This document shows positions 53,377-64,000 of a stretch of 64,000 bases of DNA, in pieces. A program made the translations under genes and the position numbers. The DNA is taken from contig CT868307.1 of NCBI GenBank assembly GCA_000165425.1, forward strand, positions 124,001 through 188,000, given 5' to 3'. The notes beneath the pieces were generated by a model. That model was not told the origin of the DNA and ran no database searches. It saw only the letters and a program-made list of their open reading frames with translations. Source of the DNA: Paramecium tetraurelia (Eukaryota). The stretch's first letter is position 1; each line of letters opens with the position of its first letter.

Positions 53377-54290
53377 TCATTTGAAAGGAATCCAAGATTT
53401 CTTCTTTTCTGCATTCAACTAAGTAATATGTTCATTAAATTTTTTTTCAATTTTTTCGCAATCCCTTTTGCACTCATCAACAATGGTCATTAAAAGAGAC
53501 TGCTTCTCTTTAGCACTCTTCTTCATTTCTTCCATCACTTTTTTGAACTATTGATATTTTTCATCAAAATGTTCCTTATTCAAAAATTGTATTTCTAATA
53601 AACATTACTACTTATTGTTACTTGGTTATATTATGTTCAATATCTTGTCGGCTTATTAATGGAGATCCAATTAAGATTCGTTAGATTGATTTGTTGAAGG
53701 ACTTAGAATTATTTATTGTTTTAATTGCAGTCTAATATTTATAAACACTGTTACTGTTAATCAATAACTAAAGTAAGCATATTGTCTATTTGTTATGTTT
53801 TCTTTGAAAACTATTCTTGAATTTCTTTTAGTTTTTTTTTGAAAGAAGAAACATTTTCATCATTCAGAAACGAATCACTCATTTCAATAAAAGAGTTATT
53901 TTCCGAACGTGTAATAGTTAATTAAGTAGGATTACTATCTGTTTGCATCATAATTATTGATCTAAGATTAGAAATTTCTTATTCAAATCGAATAAACTTC
54001 TACTCAATCTACATGTAGATTAATTGATGAAATACTTCAATTTTATTGTGATCATTTGCAGCATCTACCAACACCGAAATTTTTCGAATTAACTCATCTA
54101 TCATATTATTTCTGGTCATTTATTTTTCGAGCAGATCAAATTCAGAATTGGATGCATCAACATGATTAATTGAATTTTTCATATTAAATATTTTATGCTT
54201 CTAAAGATACTAATTAGATAATGAATTAGTTTCAAATACATTTTCTATAATCTTTTCAACTCTATTTTGGAATTCACCAGCTCTGCTCAT
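53377..54290 (-). CDS. hypothetical coiled-coil protein
   Basis: MSRAGEFQNRVEKII..., introns ~54010-54036 and ~53590, ends KKSWIPFK-TGA. Confidence 0.55.
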
Positions 54291-54417
54291 TTATTTAAAT
54301 TATTATTAAAACTCAACATGAAATATAAATATATACATAACACTTGAATATATCACTTTTACAATCATGAAATTGCATTAATTGCATAATATATATATAA
54401 AAATTAATATACATAAA

Positions 54418-55448
54418 TCATTTCCTCTTCTTGTCCTTTCCCTTGTTTTATCCTTTTGCTGGAACTTCTATTTCCTCATCATCTTCTTCATCATCCTCCT
54501 CTCCTTCAGCACTTCCATCATCTTCAGCCTTGAATTCCTTTATTCCCAAAAAGTATTCTAGAGAATATGGCAACAATTCATCAACTATCATTCTGCCCAC
54601 ATCTTAGTCAACATCCAATTGATCTTACAATGAGATTTACTAAGCATTAAATTCAAATGAATACTTCATCTTCAGGTAATTTGTCATATTTCTCCTTATT
54701 GGATATGTCAATTGATCTGAAAAACAAGAAGAAACTCTCATCATCAACTTCCTTAGAAATTACTCTAAATTATCCTGTCTTCTTATTTCTTTATTTCTAA
54801 ACAACATTATCATCTCATTAGAATACCTTTTTGATTAATTTCTTGGTTAAATTCTTGCCATCATGCCATTCTACTTTAGTTCCTTCTACTTTAATTAATT
54901 CATCATCTTCATAATAGAACTTCTTCTCCAATACAGTTTATTTGAAGAAAGGATTTTCTGCAAAGTAGAATTTGAGGAAGAAATCTGAATCGTTCTCAGC
55001 CAATGTAAATTCTATTTTCTATAAAAACTTGAATGCTTCAGCATCTCTCTCTGATAATTGCAATTCCTGTAAATCAGCATTCTTAAACACTTTTAACCAA
55101 TAGTCAGGAATAGCCTTAGATTCTTTAGGAGCTTGATTCAATTATTGTATTTCTTCCTCTGATAATAATTTAGCTGCCAAACCAAGATTTTATTCATTCA
55201 ACTACGCTGTGCCCAAAATTATTTCATCAGCCTAATTAACAAATATAAATAAATATTACTTTCTGATATATTGGCATGCTTGATTTATCATATTTCGATT
55301 GAATATTATCACAAATTTTTTCCATGTCTGAATCTGCTTATTTACATTTATTCAAATAAAATCTAAGTGCTGTAACTTTTGCTCTATCTTTGAGTGGGAT
55401 ATTTGTAATTTTCTTTTTGATTTCTTACTCTAACTCTTTGTTTTCCAT
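54418..55448 (-). CDS. NAP1: nucleosome assembly protein (NAP1 family)
   Basis: IPDYWLKVFKN, FYFAENPFF, GTKVEW..GKNLT, KKQRNKKTG, ESFFLFF, acidic tail; three introns. Confidence 0.92.
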
Positions 55449-55600
55449 TATTAAAAAAATTAAATTATTTAATTTTAATGATAAATTAATATTTATTCCA
55501 TTTATTTAAATACATTAGTTAAATTGCTTTAATATATTTATTGACGAATTCAATAAGTAGAAATAATTTGTATTATTTAAAATAATTTAATAAATTTGTT

Positions 55601-56283
55601 ATGGCTGATTAAAGATAATAACTTGAGCAACTCAAGTATGCTCTCTGGTTAGCAATTATGTAAAGTATAATTGTAATAATTATATTAGATAAAAATGAAT
55701 AAATAGTGCAATTTTTTAATTCGCCAAAAATTGAAATAAATGTCAACGTAGCATTAACAAACCAAGGCATAACAGCATTGCATTAGGCAGCAAGCAATGG
55801 AAATTTGAATTTAGTTCAATTTTTAGTGGCAATCTAAAAGGCTGATATTGATCAATAAGACATAGTATATTTTTAAGCAAAACTAGTTTGGAAGAACTCC
55901 ACTTCACTTTGCCTGTGCAATTGGAAATCTTGCAATAGTTGATTATTTAATACAATCTAAGGCATCACCTAATATACAAACAATAGTAAAATTGATTTTT
56001 AAAGAAAGGGAGGAGAATCACCAATTATGAAAGCAGCCTAGTTTCATCAATCGCAATTATTGTTCTATTTAATTGAAACTCATTCAGATAAAATTAATTG
56101 GAATCTAGTAAACAAAGTATAACTTAATATTAAGAAAAGTTGGGATAAAATGTTTTACATATATTTCGGATTTCTTGTGTAAATTCTTTGGAGAAATAAA
56201 ATCAAATTTATACACAAATAAACGACGTCATGGTTGAACTGTTGGCATTGATATCAGCAGAAGGGCAATAAACAATCTAATGA
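55601..56283 (+). CDS. ankyrin-repeat protein
   Basis: GITALHQAASNGNLNLVQFL, GRTPLHFACAIGNLAIVDYL, GESPIMKAA; several introns. Confidence 0.88.
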
Positions 56284-56338
56284 ACATATAAATTATTCGA
56301 TATATATGTGCATAAATAAATGAATATAAGAGTAATAA

Positions 56339-57188
56339 TCATGATTGATTAGATTAAAATATATATGTCATTTTTGGACAGAAAATTGGAGTAACTAAAA
56401 TCTTAGGAATGATATATACAATTTGATCATTAGTTTTTTTTTTTGTTTGTTTTAAAATTAAATTATAATTGGGCTTACGGATAGAGAGCTTCTTTATTGC
56501 TTTTTTCTTTGATAAGCACATTTTCTAAACTTGCCTTTTGCAATTTGTTGGGCTAGTATATGATGAATGTTTACTCTGATTCTACTCACAATGCTATCTG
56601 TATTGATCTTCTATGCGTAGATCTAAGTATCAAATGCTTTTGGCTCTTCCGTATCATCATCGTCTTATTCTTCCTATTTAACTTAATTTCTAAGTTAATC
56701 TAATTCTCTAATTTTATCAAAAAGAGTCCTTTCCCTTAGACTCTCACATCTATTCTTTTCAAACTCCTTGATTTTCTGATTCTAACTTTAATAGTTATCA
56801 ACATGATCCTGATTATGATGAACTTTCTCATCTGAATCGTCATCAAAACACACATCTACTTCTTAATTTTCTTCCTCCTAAGATGTGAATGCAAGGTATT
56901 ACTTATTTCACAACAAGTACTTTCTTTTCTATAGCAGGTTCAATTTGATCAGTCTCCACGTGAGAATTCTTAGATTAGACCTACACTTCTGTTTTGCATT
57001 TAATTTCTCTCCCTTCTTAGATTGCTTTGAGATGGGTTTGCCAGAGCTTGGGTTGTTTAATGAATTAATACATCCTTAAAAGTCTGGATTTCAGATTCAC
57101 TCATTTACAATTAACCTTTATCCGAGTTCCTCTTCAATTTTGTGATGACTTCATTTATAATGTTATCGTAATTGCTCACTGTCTCCAT
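56339..57188 (-). CDS. hypothetical protein
   Basis: ATG 57188 METVSNYDNIINEV..., acidic/basic low-complexity code-6 frame, intron ~57090-57116. Confidence 0.5.
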
Positions 57189-57267
57189 TACTTATTAATC
57201 CATTCCTAGTTTTTATTAATTAAAATACTTTCTAGTATATTGAATTATAAACTCAAAAATATATATA

Positions 57268-59023
57268 ATGTTTAGAACTATTCGATTAATACCCAAATTG
57301 TTAAAATTCACCCAAGTTGCAACTTGCTTGGCTCTGATCTACAATTAATAGTCCAAGTTGAGATGTGCTCAAATTAACACGCAAACCATCAAAATCATTA
57401 ACTAAAAAGATGTCGATGCACTCTTGGCAAATCCATAGGATTCCTCTAACACAATCATCATATTGAACAAAAACATCATTGAAGATCTTCCTAAAAATTT
57501 GTCAGCCAATTTATTTATTTGCGATAGCTCTGAAAATGATTATGATTTAATTGCAGTCAATCAACATAGATATCTCCTATTGAAAATAAGAGGCGAAGAA
57601 GATTATTTAAAATTGCTCAATTTCTTAACTCCCTTATAGACTCTAGATAGTAAATAAGATGCCATCAATCTCATTGATCAAATGGATGCCTAGGTTGTCT
57701 TGAGTTATATCCCATCAATAATAAACGCAGAAGAATAAATTAATAAATTTGAGCCTTCTTAAAAGTATGATCCTTAATAATTGGAGGAACAATTAAAAGA
57801 GCTCAGGATTCATGATTTCAATAGAGAAGCCTAGTATTATATTATCAAAGATAAGAATGTTGCTGAAGAATTCAATTTATCAATTCATGACATTGGAGAA
57901 ATCTACATTCTGAAATAACCTAGCATTTTCAATTCAAAAGAGTCTTCCTTTCATCATAATGGCAAAGAATATTTTATGAAAAAAGTAGAGCCTGATCAAA
58001 ATATAAAAAGAATAGATACTTTTATAATTGAAAAGAAACACGATTCCTTGTCTTCCTACCTTTAGGGATCTAAGGAAGAGACTGTTTAATAATAGAATTT
58101 ACAGGGATTTGTTAATAAACTAACTTTAACAGCCAATAACTATGTTAACTATGTCTTTAACAAATAGTAAATGGATTCATAATTGCTCATTTACAAGTAG
58201 ATGGGCGTAAAATATATCTTGTTTTACCATAGTCAGAATGATGTTAATGAAAAAATTATTAAAAAACTTATTAATGTGAAGAAATCTGTGAACAATGAGT
58301 AATAATAACAATTTGCAATTGTTTATTCTGATAACATTGATCTAATATAAACATATTTTGGAATTGTTGATAATGGAATCACAGATGATGTAAGATTACT
58401 TGATCTTAACCAAAATCAAACCTATACAATATCCTTCAATATAGTTTAATTGGGATAAAAGGAATATAATTATGATCAATATAAGTTATGTAAGAGATAC
58501 TCTTTTGGAGATAAAATAACTGTCAATAGGTTGAAATAGTTCATTGTATAAACTACAAATTTGAAGATTTAAAATATAGAACCATAAGATTACAATAGAG
58601 AAGAATACTACGAAAAAACATTTGTTAAAATGCCTTTTGATAAATTGTAAACCATAACTGCAAATAATTTGGAGTTGTCAGGCTATGATTTTATTTATTT
58701 TTATAAGCCAGGATGTGCTGCTTGTCACACTGTAGCTGAAACCTTAGAAAAGATTGCCTGGAATATCTACAATCCAAATCCGTATAGAGTTAAAAATATA
58801 TCTAACTTTAAAAAAATCTCATTGAAAAAGTATATAATTTTTAATGATTAGATACAATATTTTGAATGAATCCCAAATGTTACCATCCCCCATCTAGGCA
58901 CCATAAATCTATATATTACATGATGGAAAAATGCAAAAAGCAGATTTAGTATAAAATAAGATTAATCCTGGAGACGAATCGAAAATGCTTCACTTCTTAA
59001 CAAAGCTTATTGACAATCTTTGA
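57268..59023 (+). CDS. thioredoxin-fold protein with mitochondrial-presequence-like N-terminus
   Basis: MFRTIRLIPKLLKFTQVATCLAL (basic, no acidic residues); C-terminal FIYFYKPGCAACHTV CxxC motif; intron ~58830. Confidence 0.7.
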
Positions 59024-59048
59024 ATTTTATAAGGGTTTTAAAATATTA

Positions 59049-59520
59049 TCATTTCTATCTTGTTTATTCATCTACTTTTTAAAAGTCGATTTTAGATTTG
59101 TAGAATGTCTCAGAGAAAACAGTTTTTCTTGATTGTTAGACTAATTAATATTTGTAATTTGATATTTACAATTAGATGAGAGTGTTTTTCTGAGAAATAT
59201 ATTATTTTCAAAGCAATCTGTTTAACATGCAGCTTACCGCTTCATCCGCTTCCCCATCCTCAAATTGGCGAGTTCCATTTTTTTCTCCTTCGCTTCATAG
59301 ATGGGTGTCTTGAGACTGAGACAAATGAGGCTTTAGGACTTTGTCAGAGGTTTTAATTTTTTCAATGACATCATGTTCATATAATTTTATTTGGTGTCTA
59401 ATTTACGAAGCAGTTGAGTGTTTCTAAAGGTTCTTGAGAAATTTGTGTTGCTAAAAGGTTTAGATGGTTCTTCGACAGCAACAGTTGGAGGCCGATGAGA
59501 AGTTATTACATCTAAATCAT
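59049..59520 (-). CDS. small hypothetical protein
   Basis: MIQMQQLLIGLQLLL... open code-6 frame, one intron ~59141-59169, TGA 59049. Confidence 0.45.
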
Positions 59521-60108
59521 GATTAAGAAGCAAATAATTATTAATAATCATAATATTAAATATGAGAGGTCGTGGTTAATAATTAAAATGAAATTAAAAA
59601 TATATAAATGATAGGAAAATAATATGAATTTTTATTAAGCCAAACTTAATTTATGTAAAAAATATTTTTGATTCTTTACATCTTAATTTGTATCTCCAAA
59701 AATGGATTTATAAATTTCAAACAGGTAGGTGTTAATATCCGTTGTTATAGTTATGATGATCTGACAGTATAAATACATAGGTTTAACTATTTTTGAAGTA
59801 ATTAATTTAGTTTGAGCATTGAAAAAAGAATTGTTGAATCTGCTTGAATTTGTGATACAGATGAATATTGTAGATATCTAGTATGGTTAGTTTAAGAAAG
59901 GATAGTTAAATGCAATTCAGGCAAGTATTATTAATGGATAAAATATTAATTATTTAAAAATTAGAAGCAACAAATTAGGCTTAATATTCATTATAGGAGG
60001 AAATCTTTGGGAATAATTTATCTAATATATTTATAAATTAATTTTGGTAGGATATAAATATGTCTTGCTGTTTTATTTTAAATAATAATTAAATATATCA
60101 TATTATAA

Positions 60109-61156
60109 ATGGGTTGTGTTTGCAATTGTAAATCTTCTAAGACATCAAATTAAAATACTTAGCTGTAATTTAATTTAGCCGAACAATATAGAAGTAAGTT
60201 CTTGGTATATTAGAAGATAACAGGAATATAAATACATAAGATAGTTTAGAGGATATCTGCCAATCTCTTTGCAATATTGGATAAGAGATAAAAAGTTTGG
60301 GTTAATTGAAACTTGAGGTCCAGGAGAGGATAAATGAGTTGGGAACTTTTAAGGCCATAGAATAAATAGACTCTAATGCCTCTTGTTATTAATTTCTTTA
60401 ATGTCCTGATGGTTCTATATTTTATGGTTCGGTAAAAAATGGTGTTCGAAACGGAATTGGAAAATAACATTGGTTGACTAATGGAAATTATTTAGAAAGG
60501 TAAATATTCCAACATTATTTTTAGTGTTTGGGCAAATGATAAAGCCAATGGACCAGCTAGAATGATCTATTCAAATGGAGATGTGTAATTTATTCAATTA
60601 TTTTTAGTTTTGAAGGTCACTTAATTGAGAATAAAGCGAATGGATTTGGAATATTCAGAAATAAAAAAAAAGAAGTTAAAGGTAGAGTTTTTTGTTATTT
60701 AAGGGTATTGGGTTGCTAACAAACTTTAAGGGAATGGAATAGAAGTTAGAAAAAATGGAATTAAATATGAAGGTTAATTTAAATGTGGAATAATTGACGG
60801 GAGAGGGTAGTATACATTTCCTGATGGTAGAATGTAAAAATATCAACATATTTTAGATATCGAGGATAAGTAAAATAAGGAATGATGCATGGAGAAGGCT
60901 TGATGACTTGGCCTGATTATAGTTATTTCAAAGGGGAATTTCGACATAATCATATCAAAGGATATGGGTGTTATACTCATTCTGATTCTTAAACCTATTT
61001 TGGATATGTATGGACTATTCTTCTTATATTCAGTTTTTTTCTAATTACCACCAACCTGTTAAATAGTTAGAGATATTTTATAGTCATGATCAAAGTATAT
61101 AGGAAAGTGAAAAACTATAAAAGTTCTTAAAACAATATGGTGGAGACCATCAATGA
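60109..61156 (+). CDS. MORN-repeat protein with N-terminal acylation motif
   Basis: MGCVCNC; FYGSVKNGVRNGIG, EGVWANDKANG, YEGQFKCGIIDGRG, YRGQVKQGMMHGEG; multiple introns. Confidence 0.9.
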
Positions 61157-61583
61157 TTCACTCTATTTTATATTGATTTTAATCATATTATGTTACTAGT
61201 AAAATATTGATGGTGACGATTTGTAAATATAATATTAATTGAGTAATTCTTAATTATAGATGAAATTCCCAATATAATAATTAATTAATAAATAAATAAA
61301 TGAGTATTAATACACAACTAAATAAATAAATGAACAAAAATTTCTTAGGTTTAGATGAAGATAAATAATTAAATATCATCAATTATTTAAATTCAATAAT
61401 ACTTATTTAAACTCTTCTGCATTCAAAATATTTCATTAATATATTCCTTAGATATCAATTTAGTCCTATATATTTGAATCGATTTCTCACAATTAAACGA
61501 TTATTGGAACTGTTATAAAAAACTAAGATTTTTCTTCGAAAAGACTTTTATTTTATAAATTTATAATAAATATGCATTTCATA

Positions 61584-62313
61584 TCATATTTCTTATTCAT
61601 TCTCTTCTTCTGGAAAATCCCATTTGAATAATAATTCTTTCATCTCTTTTTTCTATTAATCATATTCCAACCCTACACAACTGCAGTTCCCTATTGAATT
61701 TTGCAACCCCAAATTATATGTAATGCTACAAATTTATCCCTTTTAATTAGCATGATGATTTTACTCCATGTGAATACATTAAATACGAGCCATTCTCAGT
61801 GCATTTCTCCCTTATTAACTTCATTGCCCTTTCCTAAGTTTGTTACCAGGTTTCTCCTCCTGGAGCTTGGTATTAAAATGTGAAAATAATATCCTTTGTT
61901 TCTTGATCTAACATTGAATAAGCAATATTTTCATGTTTTCCAAAATTGAGTTCTCTTGTGTATTATTATATAACAACCTCAAACGTGGATCTTCAATAAT
62001 TAAAGTATCATGAGGAAATCCTAAACTTATTTGAGCTGTTTCTTTTGCTCTTCTCAAATCAGAAGTATACACTCCTTTAAATTGATCTCGGAAGGGTAAT
62101 AATGCTTGTAATAATTGATTGGCTTGTTCTCTTCCTGAATATTGAGTATTAATTGATTATACCTCTAATTGTCAATCTACTATCTGTCCACCCACAAATT
62201 GTATTGCTTAGATTCTAATTGGTTTATCCATGTCTCACGAACAAGATATTTGTAGTATTAGGTTTTCGTATCAACTGTTAGATATGATTTTTCAATAGCT
62301 AGTATTTATTCAT
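61584..62313 (-). CDS. histidine phosphatase / phosphoglycerate mutase family protein
   Basis: ILFVRHGQT, CGWTDSRLT.RG.EQA, YTSDLRRAKETA, RELNFG, FTHG; introns. Confidence 0.9.
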
Positions 62314-62336
62314 AGATTAAAAATATTATAAAAAAT

Positions 62337-64000
62337 TCACAATTAGTAATCCATTTAAGTTTTTAAAGAAGCCAATCGTCTTTTAATATCTTCTCTTAAA
62401 TTGCATGCTTCTTCTTTTATCCTTCTTGATAAAGATATGATATCATACATACCTATCTTCAATTTATACTTTTTTTTAGGGAGAATTTTGAGAGTATTAA
62501 TTTTCTGATATTGGTGATGTCTGACTATACAAATTCGACTTTAATCTTCTATTATAGCCTCCAAACTATTATTATTCATAGGATTCTTGAGTTTGGAAGT
62601 TTGTGCGATTTTACTATGGGATTTCTTCTCTAAAAGACTCATGAATCATATTCAATTCATCCATTAACCTGTTTCTGGAAACAATGTTTTGTTGATTTTC
62701 AATTTTAATAGTTTGATTTTCCTTCAACACTACCATATGTTGGTTTAATTACATCTCTCAATCTACAACTTTTATTTGTCACATAAGTCTACAAAGTATT
62801 TCTCAATATCTTTGATCTTTTTCTCATAATCTCCAACTACCTTTGAATATTCCATTTGCAAATGATTGTACTCCTATTTCTAATCATTTAGTAATGAAGT
62901 GCTGATCTCTACTTGCTTTCTTAATTGATCCTAGTCTACATTTATTCCGCTATTCTACATAATTCTAATAGGAGATCCCACTTGAAAATATGAAATTTTA
63001 ATATTACATCTTTATTGCATTTTTAACTCTCTCAGCTATGATTAGGCTTATGAATACTATTCTTTCAATATTCTCACATCATCTCCCTCAATCTAATAAT
63101 GTCCTAATTGATCTTTTGATGTCATCAATTCTTATTTTAAATAATCACTAATCATTTAATAAACTATTACTATTGCATTTACAACTCTCTTTCTACTTCT
63201 TTTTGATTAGATATCAATATTTTATAATTATTAATTTACTCCTCCTAATTTTCCAATTATTATGAGACACTATCGTACATTTATTTTAAGTTCTACACAT
63301 CGTTTTATTACTAATAATCAATATCCTTTTGTTTTAAAATAACAACATTTTACTCTTTTACCAATAAATTCTTCTTCTTTAAGAGATTGCTTAACCATTG
63401 CATAAATGCCTGATTTAATACTCTATTGTCATATTTCTTGCTCAACAATATTTCATTTTATCTCTTCATTTTCCTATACTAAGCATTATTTTTAATAGAA
63501 TTGAATACTACAATAATATGAATTGAAATACATCTTTATAAGAATAAATTCTCTCTCTTTTTCACTACCTTAACGCTTATATGATTTAATCTAGATAACT
63601 TTTAATATTCCCTTATCCATTATTTAAATTGCCTAAACTTGATAAAGAAATTTCTATTTAATTAAATTTGATTCTCTCTGTATTTGTTTTCCTTCAAATT
63701 TGATTTCAATTTGTTAAACAACTTTTTTAACTTTGCTTGTCCTCTTTACCTAACTATTTGGTTAGCTCTTTCCTTATGAAAATCAGAATTTAATTTCAAA
63801 AACCTTATAACTCCTTTCATTTAATTAATGCGTCCATTATTTATATGTTAATAAATGCACTTTTGTTTTTAATTTTGCTATTTTATCCAGAGAGTCCATG
63901 AACTGAAAACCTACAATAATTCTAAATTTATACTTTAAACAACTTTATTTTATTAAATTCATTTACAGCAGATTAAGCGATTTACTAAAAATCCTTCAAG
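62337..64000 (-). CDS. coiled-coil protein (5' part outside window)
   Basis: E/K/Q-rich code-6 frame with tiny introns, ends RRLASLKTQMDYQL-TGA at 62337. Confidence 0.65.

Noticed and set aside
1..64000. CRISPR arrays, prokaryotic operons/defence systems, telomeric repeats, tRNA/rRNA, transposase genes
   Set aside because: No regularly spaced repeats, C4A2/C3A3 tracts, structured RNA signatures or DDE/RT motifs recognised by eye; small ncRNAs in gaps cannot be excluded without Infernal/tRNAscan

Overview
This is very AT-rich, gene-dense eukaryotic DNA that reads as a ciliate macronuclear chromosome segment, almost certainly Paramecium. Genes are open only if TAA/TAG encode Gln and TGA is the sole stop (translation table 6). 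They are interrupted by ~22-29 nt GT..AG introns and separated by spacers as short as 15-50 bp, and one gene encodes a T1-type trichocyst matrix protein. The supplied standard-code ORF track is therefore mostly fragments or antisense artefacts. I can support about 35 protein genes. Recognisable ones include an FSH1 hydrolase, importin-alpha-like protein, GH3 beta-glucosidase, SHAQKY-type Myb, SHIPPO/ODF3 repeat protein, PAQR, ATG16-like WD40, bromodomain-ET, B-box/kelch, SFT2, SF-assemblin, AP-2 mu, TMP, alpha-kinase, Rho GTPase, NAP1, ankyrin, thioredoxin-fold, MORN and histidine phosphatase proteins, plus several coiled-coil hypotheticals. There are at least four clear pseudogenes (class-3-lipase-like, cathepsin L, SAC1, Ser/Thr kinase) and several gene-sized decayed gaps, consistent with post-duplication gene loss. 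The most notable items are a putative N-myristoylated F-box + cullin-repeat chimera, an alpha-kinase lacking its catalytic Asp and Zn ligands, further pseudokinases, and a lipase relic whose motifs resemble a family I associate with intracellular bacteria. I recognised no RNA genes, telomeric repeats, transposons or CRISPR arrays. All translations were done by eye, so exon boundaries and ends of hypothetical genes are approximate.
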